Positions 14,061 through 26,246 of a DNA stretch of 64,000 nucleotides are shown here, in pieces. The stretch's first letter is position 1, and each line of letters opens with the position of its first letter. A model generated the notes under the pieces. The model saw only the letters and a list, made by a program, of their open reading frames with translations. It ran no database searches and was not told where the DNA came from. Made by a program: the position numbers and the translations under genes. Source of the DNA: Chrysomallon squamiferum (lineage: Eukaryota; Animalia; Mollusca); assembly GCA_012295275.1 (NCBI GenBank), contig CM022669.1, positions 8,184,001-8,248,000 of the forward strand, in the 5' to 3' direction.

Positions 14061-14146
<86 letters not shown>
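14061..14146. repeat. (TATC)n tetranucleotide microsatellite (GATA repeat)
   Basis: Direct reading, about 21 units. Confidence 0.97.
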
Positions 14147-14147
<1 letters not shown>

Positions 14148-15044
14148 ATATGTAGATGTGTGTGTGTGAGTATTTAATGAGTATTGGTATTTGTATAAGT
14201 GTAGGTGTGTGTACCTAACGAGCTAAAATCAAAAGTAAACATTCCACGCTCTGTTGATTTCATGCTATGCTGTGAGTCCATTTTATTTATCTGCTACTAA
14301 TAAATGATTTATTACTACTCCTATATAGATTTTATTCAACATTGTGATATTACAGGTATTATAAAATATGTCGAATATTTTTCCAATACATTCTAATAAT
14401 AGAATTTTTATATTTGAGTGTGTGTGTACTAAATTAGAGTCGGAGAAAGAGAGAAAGTGAAAAAATATATACAGCATGTGTATAAAGAAAAACTGAGCTA
14501 AATCTTCCAGTTTGATTAGAAGAAGTGCTGGAGACAAGGAAGCACATTCCATAATACTTTATCTACAGAGCTTTGGTTGGAATGGAAAATAAAACAGTAT
14601 GTTCACTATAGAGGATTGATACTGTTACCCATGATTAGTAGTTGCTGATCATTATTACTGTTACTGCTATTGTTATTATTAATGTTGTTGTTGTTGTTGT
14701 CATAACGATGATGATGGTTATCATTATCATTATCATCATTATTATTATTAACTACTACTACTGTTGCAGTTATTGTTATTGTTATTATTATTATTACATT
14801 TTTAAAAAATAACAGGATAAATAAATTACATAAGTAAATATTTTGAAATTTTGATTTTTTTTTTTTTTACAATGTATGACAGTCTGTTTTACATTAATGC
14901 AGTGCTGTTACTGTTTTAAACTGGACACATGTCACCCAACACAGTTTATTGTGAACTCTAATATGACAACATATGTCAACAGTTTTATACATTACAGAAA
15001 TCTAGGGCAGTGGAACAGCTGTTAAAATTATGAGAATGAAGATG

Positions 15045-15248
15045 AAAACATTTTATTATGACAATAATAATAATAATATGATGATTAATATTATTACAAG
15101 GATGATATGGATTAAAATGATGTATTATGCTCATGATGATGATTATGATGTAGATATTGACAATGATAATGTTAGTTATGACAGAAATGATACAACAACA
15201 ACAACAAAAACATCAACATCAACAACAATAACACTAACACTATTAGTA

Positions 15249-15296
<48 letters not shown>
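15045..15296 (+). repeat. Dispersed low-complexity repeat, copy 2 (copy 1 at 211-470)
   Basis: Colinear match to 211-470, ending in (AAT)n. Confidence 0.9.
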
Positions 15297-15300
<4 letters not shown>

Positions 15301-15880
15301 GAAGAAGAAGCAGAAAGTCTTGAAACAAAAGCAGTAAAATTATTTTGAAAATTGTTTACACTGGTATATATTAGAGGTATTTAAACACACATACATACAT
15401 GAACAGTAGAAACATGAAGAAAACAAATTTAAAAAAAAAAAAAAAAAAAAAGATAAAATATTTAGCAGTGTCTCATATCCTGGCTTTTAGCAGATATTGA
15501 TTTTTAAAATTGGATTTAGATGAGTTTTCGTAGAATCCAGTAGACAAAGCAGTGAAAAATCGTACCAGCCCTGGCAAAGAGCACCAGCCCTGATGGAACA
15601 GTTATTGCATGAAAGGTGTAATTACAGTCATTTGCTGTACTTCACTGCAATCACTCAGACCTGAGAGAATATTTACTTTCAGATGTAGTTCGGCTGAAAA
15701 ATTACAGCCTCAGGCTTGATGGTTTGCTGGATCAATCCTTGACTGTGGCGAAACTGAAATATTTTAAAATTATTTTAAATTGGTTAGTGTTTATCGGATT
15801 GTGGGTGATTGTTTGCTTTCTGTGTGTGTGGATGCAGGAAAGGATGTCAAGCACTCCCATAGCTGAAGGTTCAAACTGAT

Positions 15881-15921
<41 letters not shown>

Positions 15922-16326
15922 GTAATTTATTTTTATAAATTTATATACCATCACAATAATATAGCTTTCAAAACTTAAATGAATTTCATTATAAAATTTT
16001 TCAAAATATGCTTTTCACATTTTCTTTTCTCTTTTTAATGAAACTCATTTCATGTTGAAAGTTTATTTCAACACAATGATGGGATTACCTGATTTTTTGA
16101 AATTCTTCATTCTAGTTTATGTGAAGTTGCCTGTAAAAATAAGCCTTGCTAGGATCAGTAAAGATTACTGTGATGTAATTAGTAACTGGTTTCATCTCAT
16201 CTGTCACCATTACAAAAGGAATAAAAATAAAAAAAAAATTAATTTGATACCCAAAAACCATCAATATTAAAATGTGTTGAGGTTTTTTTTTTAAACCAAC
16301 ATTCATTTATTCATGTTCGCTGCTAA

Positions 16327-16741
16327 CAGGTGGGAGTAACCCTGAGCGTTAAATGGGAGTAACCCCAGGTGTAAAATAACTGATGAGAATAAGTTTTTGA
16401 CTTTGGTACTGAAAAAGCTCTACGTATATTGTTTCAAATCAGTTTTCTGGTTTTATTAGCAGCAACCACACCCACCTACACAATGTCACTGAAACAGTTT
16501 TCAGCGTCTCTGTCCCTTTAAGATGAGAGTGTAGAAATGTGATGAAAGTTGTGAAGTGATTTAATCGTTACACAGGTGTGCCGAGGCTGACACTTTTACA
16601 GTGACACAGGGCCTGGCAGCATTGCACCTGTACTTTATACGAGCGAAAGGAAATCGCCTAAGATCATTGTTACCTCTTCACCTGTACATAAAATTACCCG
16701 TCGTTAAGTATCTTTTCACCTCACTCACCTGGTTTCACCTG
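16327..16741. promoter_or_regulatory. Cluster of seven CAGGTG/CACCTG E-boxes, candidate enhancer or silencer
   Basis: Sites at 16327, 16366, 16573, 16625, 16679, 16726 and 16736, with locally raised GC and CpG. Function is inferred. Confidence 0.4.
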
Positions 16742-18977
16742 GTTTAAGATAAAAAAAAACAGTTACTGAGATCATACAATGGGGAGTCAAGCATGGAGAT
16801 TAGCACCCGTTTGATTATTTTACCATTTTACCATTCCAACAATGTGCTCACTGTTTGAAGTATTTTCATTTTGTGCTATGGAATGTTGTAGAGAGTAAAA
16901 CAGTGAAAGGGGCTGCAGTGATTTTCTTCTCTGACATCATCATTTTATGACAAAAATGACATTAATCAAATGAGGGGTTGCTGATAAATGTTCATTTATT
17001 TATTATGTCCTATGAGCATCTTGTATAACAGAACTTAAGTTACGATGGATGAAAAGATCAGTTCTTCTTGCTAATGTATGACTTGTCTTATGAATGGATA
17101 TTTTATATTCTATGTTTGTGTATATATATATATACATACACACACATATATACACACACACTCACACACACATATGTGTCTATTTGAGCAAAGATGTATG
17201 CAAAAGATTTCTTGCTGGTAAAAAAAAAAAAAAAAAAAAAAAATGAAAAAAATAAAAAAAATAAAAATTTAAAAATTTAAGAAAACTGTAAAATAAAAAC
17301 TGAGTTTATTTTTTATATTATATTGTGAAAAAGAAAAGATTTTAAAATAAATATTACTCTGAAATAGCATTTTCAAAACTACATTAAATAAAGTCAAAAT
17401 GTCAGGAGAGATAACAAATGAATAAAAAAAAACATAATTTAATATTGAATAATTGATTTATACTCAGTTCTGAAAATTTAAAAAAAACATTTTTTTAATT
17501 TTTTTATTTTTTATATATATATTAAAATTTTACAGGAAATATTGAAATTAATAATAAAAAGAAATAAAAAAAAAAAGAGTAAAAAAACAGAGTTAATGGC
17601 TGAAATGTGTAGCAAAAAAAATGTGAGATCAAAGTGTGTGAGTAAAATCACGTAAAGATGTCAGTTTTTATTGCACCTATAAACCTATCAAGTTATTTAC
17701 ACATCTGTGACATCAGTAAATAAAACACTTAAACATTAAATGTACAGAAGTTACTCTGAACGATCATAAAGTTTTCAAACAATTTCAGTTTAAGACTATT
17801 TTACTTATACGTTTCTGTTTCTTTTTCTTTCAACCATTTCTCCTTTGTTTTGTTGTCCTTTTATTCGTTCTTTGTTTCCCTGATTTCTTTTTCTTTCTGC
17901 CATTTTAATCTGTTTTTTTTTTGTTTTGTTTTTTTCATTACTTCTTTACCTCGTAATTACAATTACAGAAAAGTATTTATTTCTTAGTCTCTGTGTTTAA
18001 TCTTGATGATAATATTATTTATTACAGGAGTCTATCCTTTTTATGTGTTTTATCATTTGCTGCTGAAATAATCAAATCATCATCATCATCAGAAATGTGT
18101 TTTCACAATTTGTCTATCGGAGTCTACCGGTCATTTGGAAATTCCTCGAACTCGTAAATTAAATTTATTCCTTCCTAAGCTGTAAAAGAGGTTTAGTAGG
18201 ATTCTGCACTGCAGGATTATTTTTTTTAATTTTATTTTTTTGTGTGTATAGCTATCTGCTTATCTCTTTATACCCCTCTCACTTTTATTTATGTTTCTCT
18301 TTCATTTGTTTTTCTCTCTCTCTCTCACTTTGTTTTATCCATTTCTCATTCCATTCAACAATCAACTCGTTCCATTCAACAATCATTTTTTCTTTTACCA
18401 TCAGATTCTTTTACATTCCAAACATTTTTCTCTCTTTTTTCTTCCCTCCTCTTTCTTTTTTTTTCTCTCATTTTTTTTTCCCCCACTCCTGCTGCATCAA
18501 CATAAGTGAAGCAAAACACAACACTTGGACTATCAAGTGACCACACTGTCCAGAATGACCACTGCAGCTGCTGACCGGTGCAAGTTTTTCACTTTGCCTG
18601 GGCTGATTAACAGATACAGAAGTCAGTAATTGTTTCTGCATGGTGCTGGAAGACAAATAAAAACATGATCGAGTATCAGAGATATCTCTGGACCACATGG
18701 AAAAAATATAACTGACTGGACACTGGCCAATTGGCTCCATCCCTCCCCAGAGAGACTGACCGACAGAGATTCTCACACACTGAGTTTCTGTTTGGTCTGT
18801 GTGAAAGTTTTGATAAAACAATCTTTTCCTGCCAGTAAAAACGTGTAACCCAGGTTGATGATTCCTTTTCTCTCAAACATCCTCGTGTTGAAATCACAGT
18901 TATGAAATCTCAAATGAGCATTTTACATTAAAATGTGTTGTCATTAAATAAGTATTAAAGATTGATTCAGTGAATAC

Positions 18978-19026
<49 letters not shown>

Positions 19027-20335
19027 AGTAGAGTTAGTTGTTAATATAATTTTTATATAATCTGCAGTGATAATAAAATGAGAATAAAATTAAAAATAAT
19101 GTTTAATGTCATTATTTAACCATTTTGTTAGTGCTAAGAGTGCTGTCAATGTTCCATTCGCCATTATTTTGTTGAATACAAATTTAATTATTATTATTAT
19201 TTTTTTTTTTTTTTTATTATTTATATCAAATTCTCTTTTTAAATGTGATTTCAATAAAATATGTATTAACAAATTTAAAAAACAGAATTCAGTGATATTT
19301 AAAATTAATTGATAGACATTTTCAACTGGCTTTTTAAATATTTTTCTCTTCTTTCTTTCTTATTCTGCTCTCTTTCTTTCTTCACTTTCACTAATGAAGG
19401 ATAAAAAAATAAAAAAAAAAAAAAAAAACAACATAATAACAACCTGTCATCTTCATTTTCTGTTTGTTATTTTCTTCCAGACATAACAAAATAACAATTA
19501 TCTTTAACAGCTTTTAAGTATGATTCATTCCCCATTCTTTGTATCATTTTTTCCTCTCCCTCTTCCATTACTGTTATTATTTTTTTTTGATTTCCTCACG
19601 TAAAGTGTGCAGCACCACATTAGTACACAGTCACAGCTCAGGCACTAGAGTGACCACTTGTTACTGAGACCGGTTAACACAGTTTGGAATTTCAATCCAT
19701 CTGTCAGATTCGGCACATTATTAAATTGGATGAGTCAGTGTTGTCATCAACGATGCATTTTATTGACATCGCTGTCGCAACATCCTGTGCAGGAACTTGC
19801 TTTTTTTTTATCTCACACAAATTTTCAAAGCTGTCGTAGTATTTAAAACCTGTCCTTTCATAAATTTCAAAATCCATCTCCTGCAAAAAAAACAAAAATA
19901 CAGTCAGATTTTTTTTGTTTTCTTTGTGAATGTCAAAACCTTGCCATCATGCTGTTTTAATTCATTCCTTTTTATAATTTTCAAATTTTTCTCTTTGTTG
20001 ATTTCAAGTTTGTAGTTTTCAAGTCTTGTCCTTTGAATGTATACCCTTAGGGAGCACATCTTGTTCATTAAATTTCATTTAATGGAGGAGTGATTGTGAA
20101 TATACAAAAATGGTTCAATTCTTTTTGATCATTTTTCTGGTCTGACTGTTTGGAATGAGTCAGAATAAAAAGTTGTAAAAAGTTGAGTAATGAAAAATTA
20201 GAGAACCAAAGAGAAAAACTTAGTAAAACTAAATTAAACTGTAATAAAATGAAATATTTAAAAAAAATAATAATGTCATTTAACATGGCATGACATGTAA
20301 CATCATAACACTGGGTATCTCAGCATTGCATAGGA

Positions 20336-20505
20336 TAGCAAAGTACAATATAGCATACTACAGTATAGCAGAGTACAATATAGCAGAGTACAATAGAGCA
20401 GAGTACAATATAGCAGAGTACAGTATAGCAGAGTACAGTATTGCAGAGTACAATATAGCATACTACAGTATAGCAGAGTACAATAGAGCATACTACAGTG
20501 TAGCA
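20336..20505. repeat. 15-bp minisatellite TAGCAGAGTACAATA / TAGCATACTACAGTA, 11 units
   Basis: Exact 15-bp phase with no indels. It explains the IAEYN and LYCTL ORFs in the track. Confidence 0.97.
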
Positions 20506-22125
20506 TAAGATATCACAGCACAGCATAGTACAGGATAACTTAACGAAACTTAGTATTATATCCAAACAGTACAATTAGTAAATGAATGAAATCAAATCAC
20601 TGAAAACAGTGTAAAACGTAACATCTAATATAATATAATATAAAATATAACATCATAAATTTGCAATTACACAATTTCTTTCTTTTATAAATATCAGAAA
20701 CATACAAGCTCCAAAAAAGTTAATATTTGGTTGTATTTGTGACAGTAACAGTAATAATAATACTAGAAACAAGAAATTTTTAAAAAGAGGAAAAATCAAA
20801 ATTTAAAAAGAAAGAGGGAAATGTTAGATGGTAATGGGATTAATTTAATGCATTTTTGATAAAGATAAAAAAAATGGGTGGGAACAGTTCAGCTGTTGGC
20901 AGTTTCCTTTGTTAGAGACTCAACCACTGTTAGACTCGCAGTATGAAAACATTTTCATATCTCACGCCATTTCATATTTCACATATTCTACACGATGCTG
21001 TTATGTTTACTTAACCAAAAGTTAAAAAAAAAAAAAAACATACATATTTTACATATCATTTGTGTCAAATGTTACTAGAGATATCCACACATGTAGAAAG
21101 ATCACTTATATTACCCTTACACTTATCTAATAACAGTATTTGTTCACACACATCTTACATTCTTTAAAACAAGAACCAGACACTTTTAAATGTTAGTTAT
21201 GTGCATTAGTTCAATATTATTGTGGTATACAAATTTTTTCCTTGATGTCAAGATTTTTGTATTATATATCAAATGTTCATTTGTTAATATTTTTGGTGTG
21301 TTGTGTGTATGTAATTTTTTAAAGCATATGTCGATCTATCTAGAAATATATATATATGAATAACTTTAACCAGCCTGAATATAAAGATATTGGTTTAAGA
21401 ATCTAACATTACTTTTGGCTTAGATACCTTAAATTAATATCTTTTGTTTATGTTAATATTTTTTATCACTTGAACATAATAATTATTACATTTTTATCAT
21501 TATTCAATGTCAAACATTTTTACCTTTAGAAAAATCCTAAAATTTGTATATAAGCAGTAAGTGGTATTATAAACAAACCCTACCATATACAGGAAATACA
21601 TATTACAGGATGAAAAAAAAAGAACCTAGATGTAGAAAACTGATTTGGCTTTTGGCTCCAAAAGACACTGGAGTATGAAATAAATGTGTTATTTTACAGT
21701 TTGAAATTTATAGTCTGTACATTTAATGGCATCTGAGAATCAGAGACTTGTTGCATGCAGTCTGTGAAGAAACCCAAGACTTGTTTCATAACCAGCAAAG
21801 TCTGTCAGAGACTTTTTCTTATCCAGCTGTCACAGAGGACCTTTGAAAGAGATATTATCTGCGTTATTATCACAAGTTGTGAGTGGGCAAGCTGATGTGT
21901 GGTTCTGTTTTAATACGTTTTCCCAGCAGACCAGGAACAGAGAACACAGAGACGGTACTGTCTCCTGGTTTGTTTTGTCTGCGGTGGGCGAGACTAGAAC
22001 CTCAGTATGGTCCTCAGGTGTGGCTCTCCAACATGTTGAGCTGTGTTTGCAGATTGGGTCTCGGGATAAACTGGTAACAGGGAGGGGGTAGAGATTATGA
22101 GAGATGCTGGGAGTCATTTTTGATT

Positions 22126-22156
<31 letters not shown>

Positions 22157-22177
22157 AAAATAAGAAATATTTAAAGA

Positions 22178-22220
<43 letters not shown>

Positions 22221-23300
22221 TTATTCTGAATGTTTCATCTCATGTTTCAGGTTTAGTGAGTGCAGGAAAAAAGTGCAGAATGTTAAAGTGCAAGATATTT
22301 AAATACGTTTTCTGTTCTTCCATAAAACTGTTTTGTTTCTTCACAAAATATACTGTTGTTCTGCTAAAAAAAATAACCTCATATAATTTTATATACTTCA
22401 ACCAGCCACTGATAGATATTATGTCACATTATCAGTCTAATGTTCTTTTTACTTTTCTCTTCAAGATGATACATGTAAAAAAGAAAAAGAAAAATGAAAA
22501 TGAATGTCTCCATGAATTGTTTTTATCACATTATCTTCTGACTTTATTATCAGCAAATATTGTACCTGGAAAAAAATAAACTAAGCATTTTATTCTGCAT
22601 GTATAAAATTTAAAAAGAATATTAAAGCTAGCATTATGAACAAAAAAAATAAAAATAAAAAATAAAAAAAAGAAGTTTCAAATTTCTATTTTGTTATTTC
22701 CAATCTATTACCTAGAATATAATTTTATTATTATTATTATTTTTTTTTAATTTATTTATCTTCATGTTATTAAATGATTATGGAAATTATATTAATATTT
22801 TGCTGAGGGTTGTTCATTGAAGCAAAAGGTTTAATTTTAAAATCTTTATTGGCAAACCTGATGTCAGAAAAAACTTAAATTTATAAATTTGTTTTAGAAA
22901 AAATTAAAAGAATTAAATTAATTTTAAATTTCTGTTAGTGAAAAAAAAGATAATAAGATGTAAAATACAGAATGCTCATGAATTAGGCCTATATTTTAAA
23001 AAGAAAATTAATTTGTTTAATAAGCAGATAAATATTTAAACGTTAAATAAACCATATTTTATTCTAAATAATGAATAATGCCAGAAAGTGTATTAATTGA
23101 ATAAACAAGAACAAAAAAAAAGACTGGATAAATAAAGAAAATTAGTAAATAAAATTTGCATACACTGGAGAAACCATATTGTATTGAGTTATTTAGAAAC
23201 CTGCATTTTGTAATATATGAAGAAATTAATATAGAAAGCCAAAAAAAAGCTAAAATATTACACACACACAAGTATATATATATGTGTGTGTGTGTATATA

Positions 23301-23334
<34 letters not shown>

Positions 23335-23769
23335 CATATACACACACACATACACATCTACCTTTGTGTGTGTGTGGTATAATATTTAAACCAATTTTTT
23401 TTTTTGGAAAAAGATAAAAATCTTTATTTTCTTTCATGAAAAAAAATTTTTTTTTTTTTTTTAACATTTTCTTTTTGGCCATTTAAATTTTTTTTTTTTT
23501 AAATGTTTAAATACATAAATAAAAATTAAGCTGGCATGCAGAATAAACTGAGATGTAATCGTGTGAGATTTTCTGACAGGAGAACTGCTCAGATCAACAC
23601 ACAGAGATGTAGCATGCAGCGTCTGTGCACTTGTTTGACTGACACACATGCAGTAGTTATCTCTGTATTGTATCAGCAGCGAGCAGGAAACACAGTTATC
23701 TCACTTACATAATTATTTATGCAAATAACACAACAGATACACTAAAAGATAAGTCTTGTTTCCTTTACT

Positions 23770-23805
<36 letters not shown>

Positions 23806-24559
23806 CTGGTATAATTTTGTAACTTGTGTTGAAGAGAAGGTCATGTTTGAAATTTTCCTTAATTTGTTGGTTATTTGTTGCTATTATTATTTTATTTTTT
23901 TCTGTTTTGTTTGACAAATTCACTTGTGCATGTTCACTCATACGAAAACATGAATTATTTATATAGTGTCAAACACAAACATACATACATACATATACTT
24001 TCATATACAACTCTGTATGTAATGCATCATCTAGATTAAAAAAAAAAAAAAAAAAAAAAAAAAGAAAAGTGAGAAAGAAAGAAAAAATATATTAAAACTG
24101 AAGCTACAGCAACTTAATAAACACATTTTTTTATACGTTTTAAAAAATTCATTATTACACAATCAACATCATTACTTCATCACTGCAGATTTTAACATGA
24201 TTATTTCACAATTAATTTAGCACCATTATCTTCAAAATCATTGATTTTATGTCATTTGTAGACTAATTATTTATAACAAAATTTCCTTACAATCAATTAA
24301 AAGCCATTTCTTCACAGTCATTGATTTTTGTGTCACAGTTCATCGTCAATAGTTATAAATCAAATTTGTTTTCACAATCAAATCATTAAAACTATTTTTC
24401 ATCTTGTTATATTATTTATTTTTATTATTAGCATGACTGTCATTTTATTAGGAACAATGCTTGGCATAAAACTTCTATTTTAAGGATGTTATGATTGTAC
24501 AAAAACCTTTTTGAGATATCAAACCTTTACTACACCCATTCTTACATAATTCAGAATAC

Positions 24560-24783
24560 ATATGAACATATACCTACATACACATATACGTACACAAATA
24601 CATAGAAACATATCTGGTATATACCTACTTATCTACATAAATAGACACATACATACATACATACAAACTTACATACATACATACATACATACAAAGACAT
24701 ATATATAAAGATGCATTTATTCATACATACAAGATGCATGCATACATACATACATACATACATACATACATACATACATACAT
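24560..24783. repeat. Interrupted (CATA)n microsatellite
   Basis: Direct reading. Confidence 0.9.
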
Positions 24784-25537
24784 CTGATTATATTTTAGGA
24801 AATATCTAATAAAGGTATATATATATTAATAATTGAAGAAAGAAATGCCCTCCTAGCAATCACAGAAAAGCTTTGTACAAGTAAACATGTCTAATAATAC
24901 AATTTCAGTGCATCAGATGAAAAACGAAAACTCATTTTCTACAATTTTCAGAAGGGAAAGAAAAAACATAAAACCATGCACTCTATTATTTACAGTTGTA
25001 GCTGTCACTACTTCCATGCTCCAAATATTAATAAACATTAAAAACAATTTCTTATCACTTTCCCATTAATAATTCTTGCTGATGTCATGGATAATAATGT
25101 TTAAAAAAACCCAATTAAAAATCAGGTTTTTCTTAGATTAAACATGCTTTGAGAATTAATAAAAATATACAGTACTTTGAAAAATAATTACAAGTCTGAC
25201 AAACAGTAAAGAATAATAATCAAACGTCTGCAGATGAAACCAATTAAAAATGTGCAGTTTATGGAGAAATGATAAGACATGCAGGATGAGATAAGATGTG
25301 TTTCGCTGTTCATGACAGGGTAAAAATACATAAAACATTTTTCTACATATCAGATCACGTTTCAGAAAGGTGATAGAGCACTACACTAATGTAAACCTAG
25401 ACTGCTCAGTTTGTTTGTTTTACACTGAGACCTGTCTGTGTGTCTGTGTGTGTTTTCACATGTGCACATTTGTATGTCCACTTTAGTATGTCTTTAAAAC
25501 TGGAAGGTTAAAACTCGATAAACTTAAAACAAAGGAA

Positions 25538-25632
25538 GAGCCCAGTGGTTAAAGCATTCATCTAATGGACATGTGATACAAGACTCATTCCAGTTCATAA
25601 TCTTATTGGACAATTTTCTCCATTCCAACCTA
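25538..25632 (+). mobile_element. Decayed SINE 5' (tRNA-like) head
   Basis: A-box-like AGCCCAGTGGTTAAAGC, then ATTGGACAATTTTCTCCATTCCAACC, which resembles TTTCTCATTCCAACC at about 56389. Confidence 0.5.
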
Positions 25633-25739
25633 CACAGTTTGTTCTTTAAGGATAACATCTATTTTACAGTCTTTAAGAAAATCTATTTTAAAAAACATTT
25701 TGTTCCTAATGTCTGCATTTTGTGTGTATCTTCTAAAAA

Positions 25740-25900
25740 CAGGTTATCATTGAACAGCCTAATGGCTGATGTCTAATACATGAAGGTTAGAAAACAAATC
25801 AATGTATTTTTAAATATCTTCTTCAGTTAGCAGCAGTTAATCTTATATGTGAACCTTCCCATAGACAACAACACATACCAAGTATAAATCAGTCATAGCA
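25740..25900 (-). mobile_element. Decayed SINE body, minus strand
   Basis: CAGTTAGCAGCAG..TCTTATATGTGAACCTTCCCATAGACAACAACACATACCA parallels the copies at 40814-40862 and 63802-63859. Confidence 0.55.
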
Positions 25901-26207
25901 ATCACCAACACAGTAACCTCTGGCTCCAGGTTCCCTCCCCCAAGAACCATGAGTAGCCTGCAGGTCTGTTCCCAAAGTATTTAAACAATTACTGAAATCA
26001 GTAGAATTAAAGTTGAACATTGATATCTGCATCCAACCTTGTTAAGTCATTGGAAATAATTACTGTGAGAAATCATTAACGTGATCAGTGTCTTCACATG
26101 GATGGGTATCATTAATAATAATATGTAATTAAAGATAAACTGAACAAATTTGTTATATCAGAAGAGTGTAACAAACTGACAGCCCTTCGTATGACTCAGT
26201 AGCTATG

Positions 26208-26246
26208 AAGTAGCTCTCATGTTCAAAACGGTTGGGGTGACCCCTG
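26208..26246. mobile_element. Possible solitary hAT-type transposon terminus
   Basis: AGTAGCTCTCATGTTCAAAACGGTTGGGGTGACCCCTG; the reverse complement starts CAGGGGTCACCCCAACC, like hAT TIRs of the CAGGGGT..CCAA type. No matching second TIR or 8-bp TSD was found. Confidence 0.35.

Noticed and set aside
15030-15323. D/N/T-rich 97-aa ORF resembling an acidic biomineralisation protein
   Set aside because: It derives from trinucleotide simple sequence, the paralogous copy at 211-470 does not keep the frame, and there is no signal peptide or splice support.
20290-20574. IAEYN and LYCTL repeat ORFs
   Set aside because: By-product of a 15-bp unit without stops; there are no exon signals or domain resemblance.
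25961-26246. Complete hAT MITE bounded by CAGGTCTGTTCCCAAA and ...GACCCCTG
   Set aside because: The left end matches the right TIR poorly and the 8-bp flanks (GTAGCCTG vs CTTTAGAA) are not a TSD.
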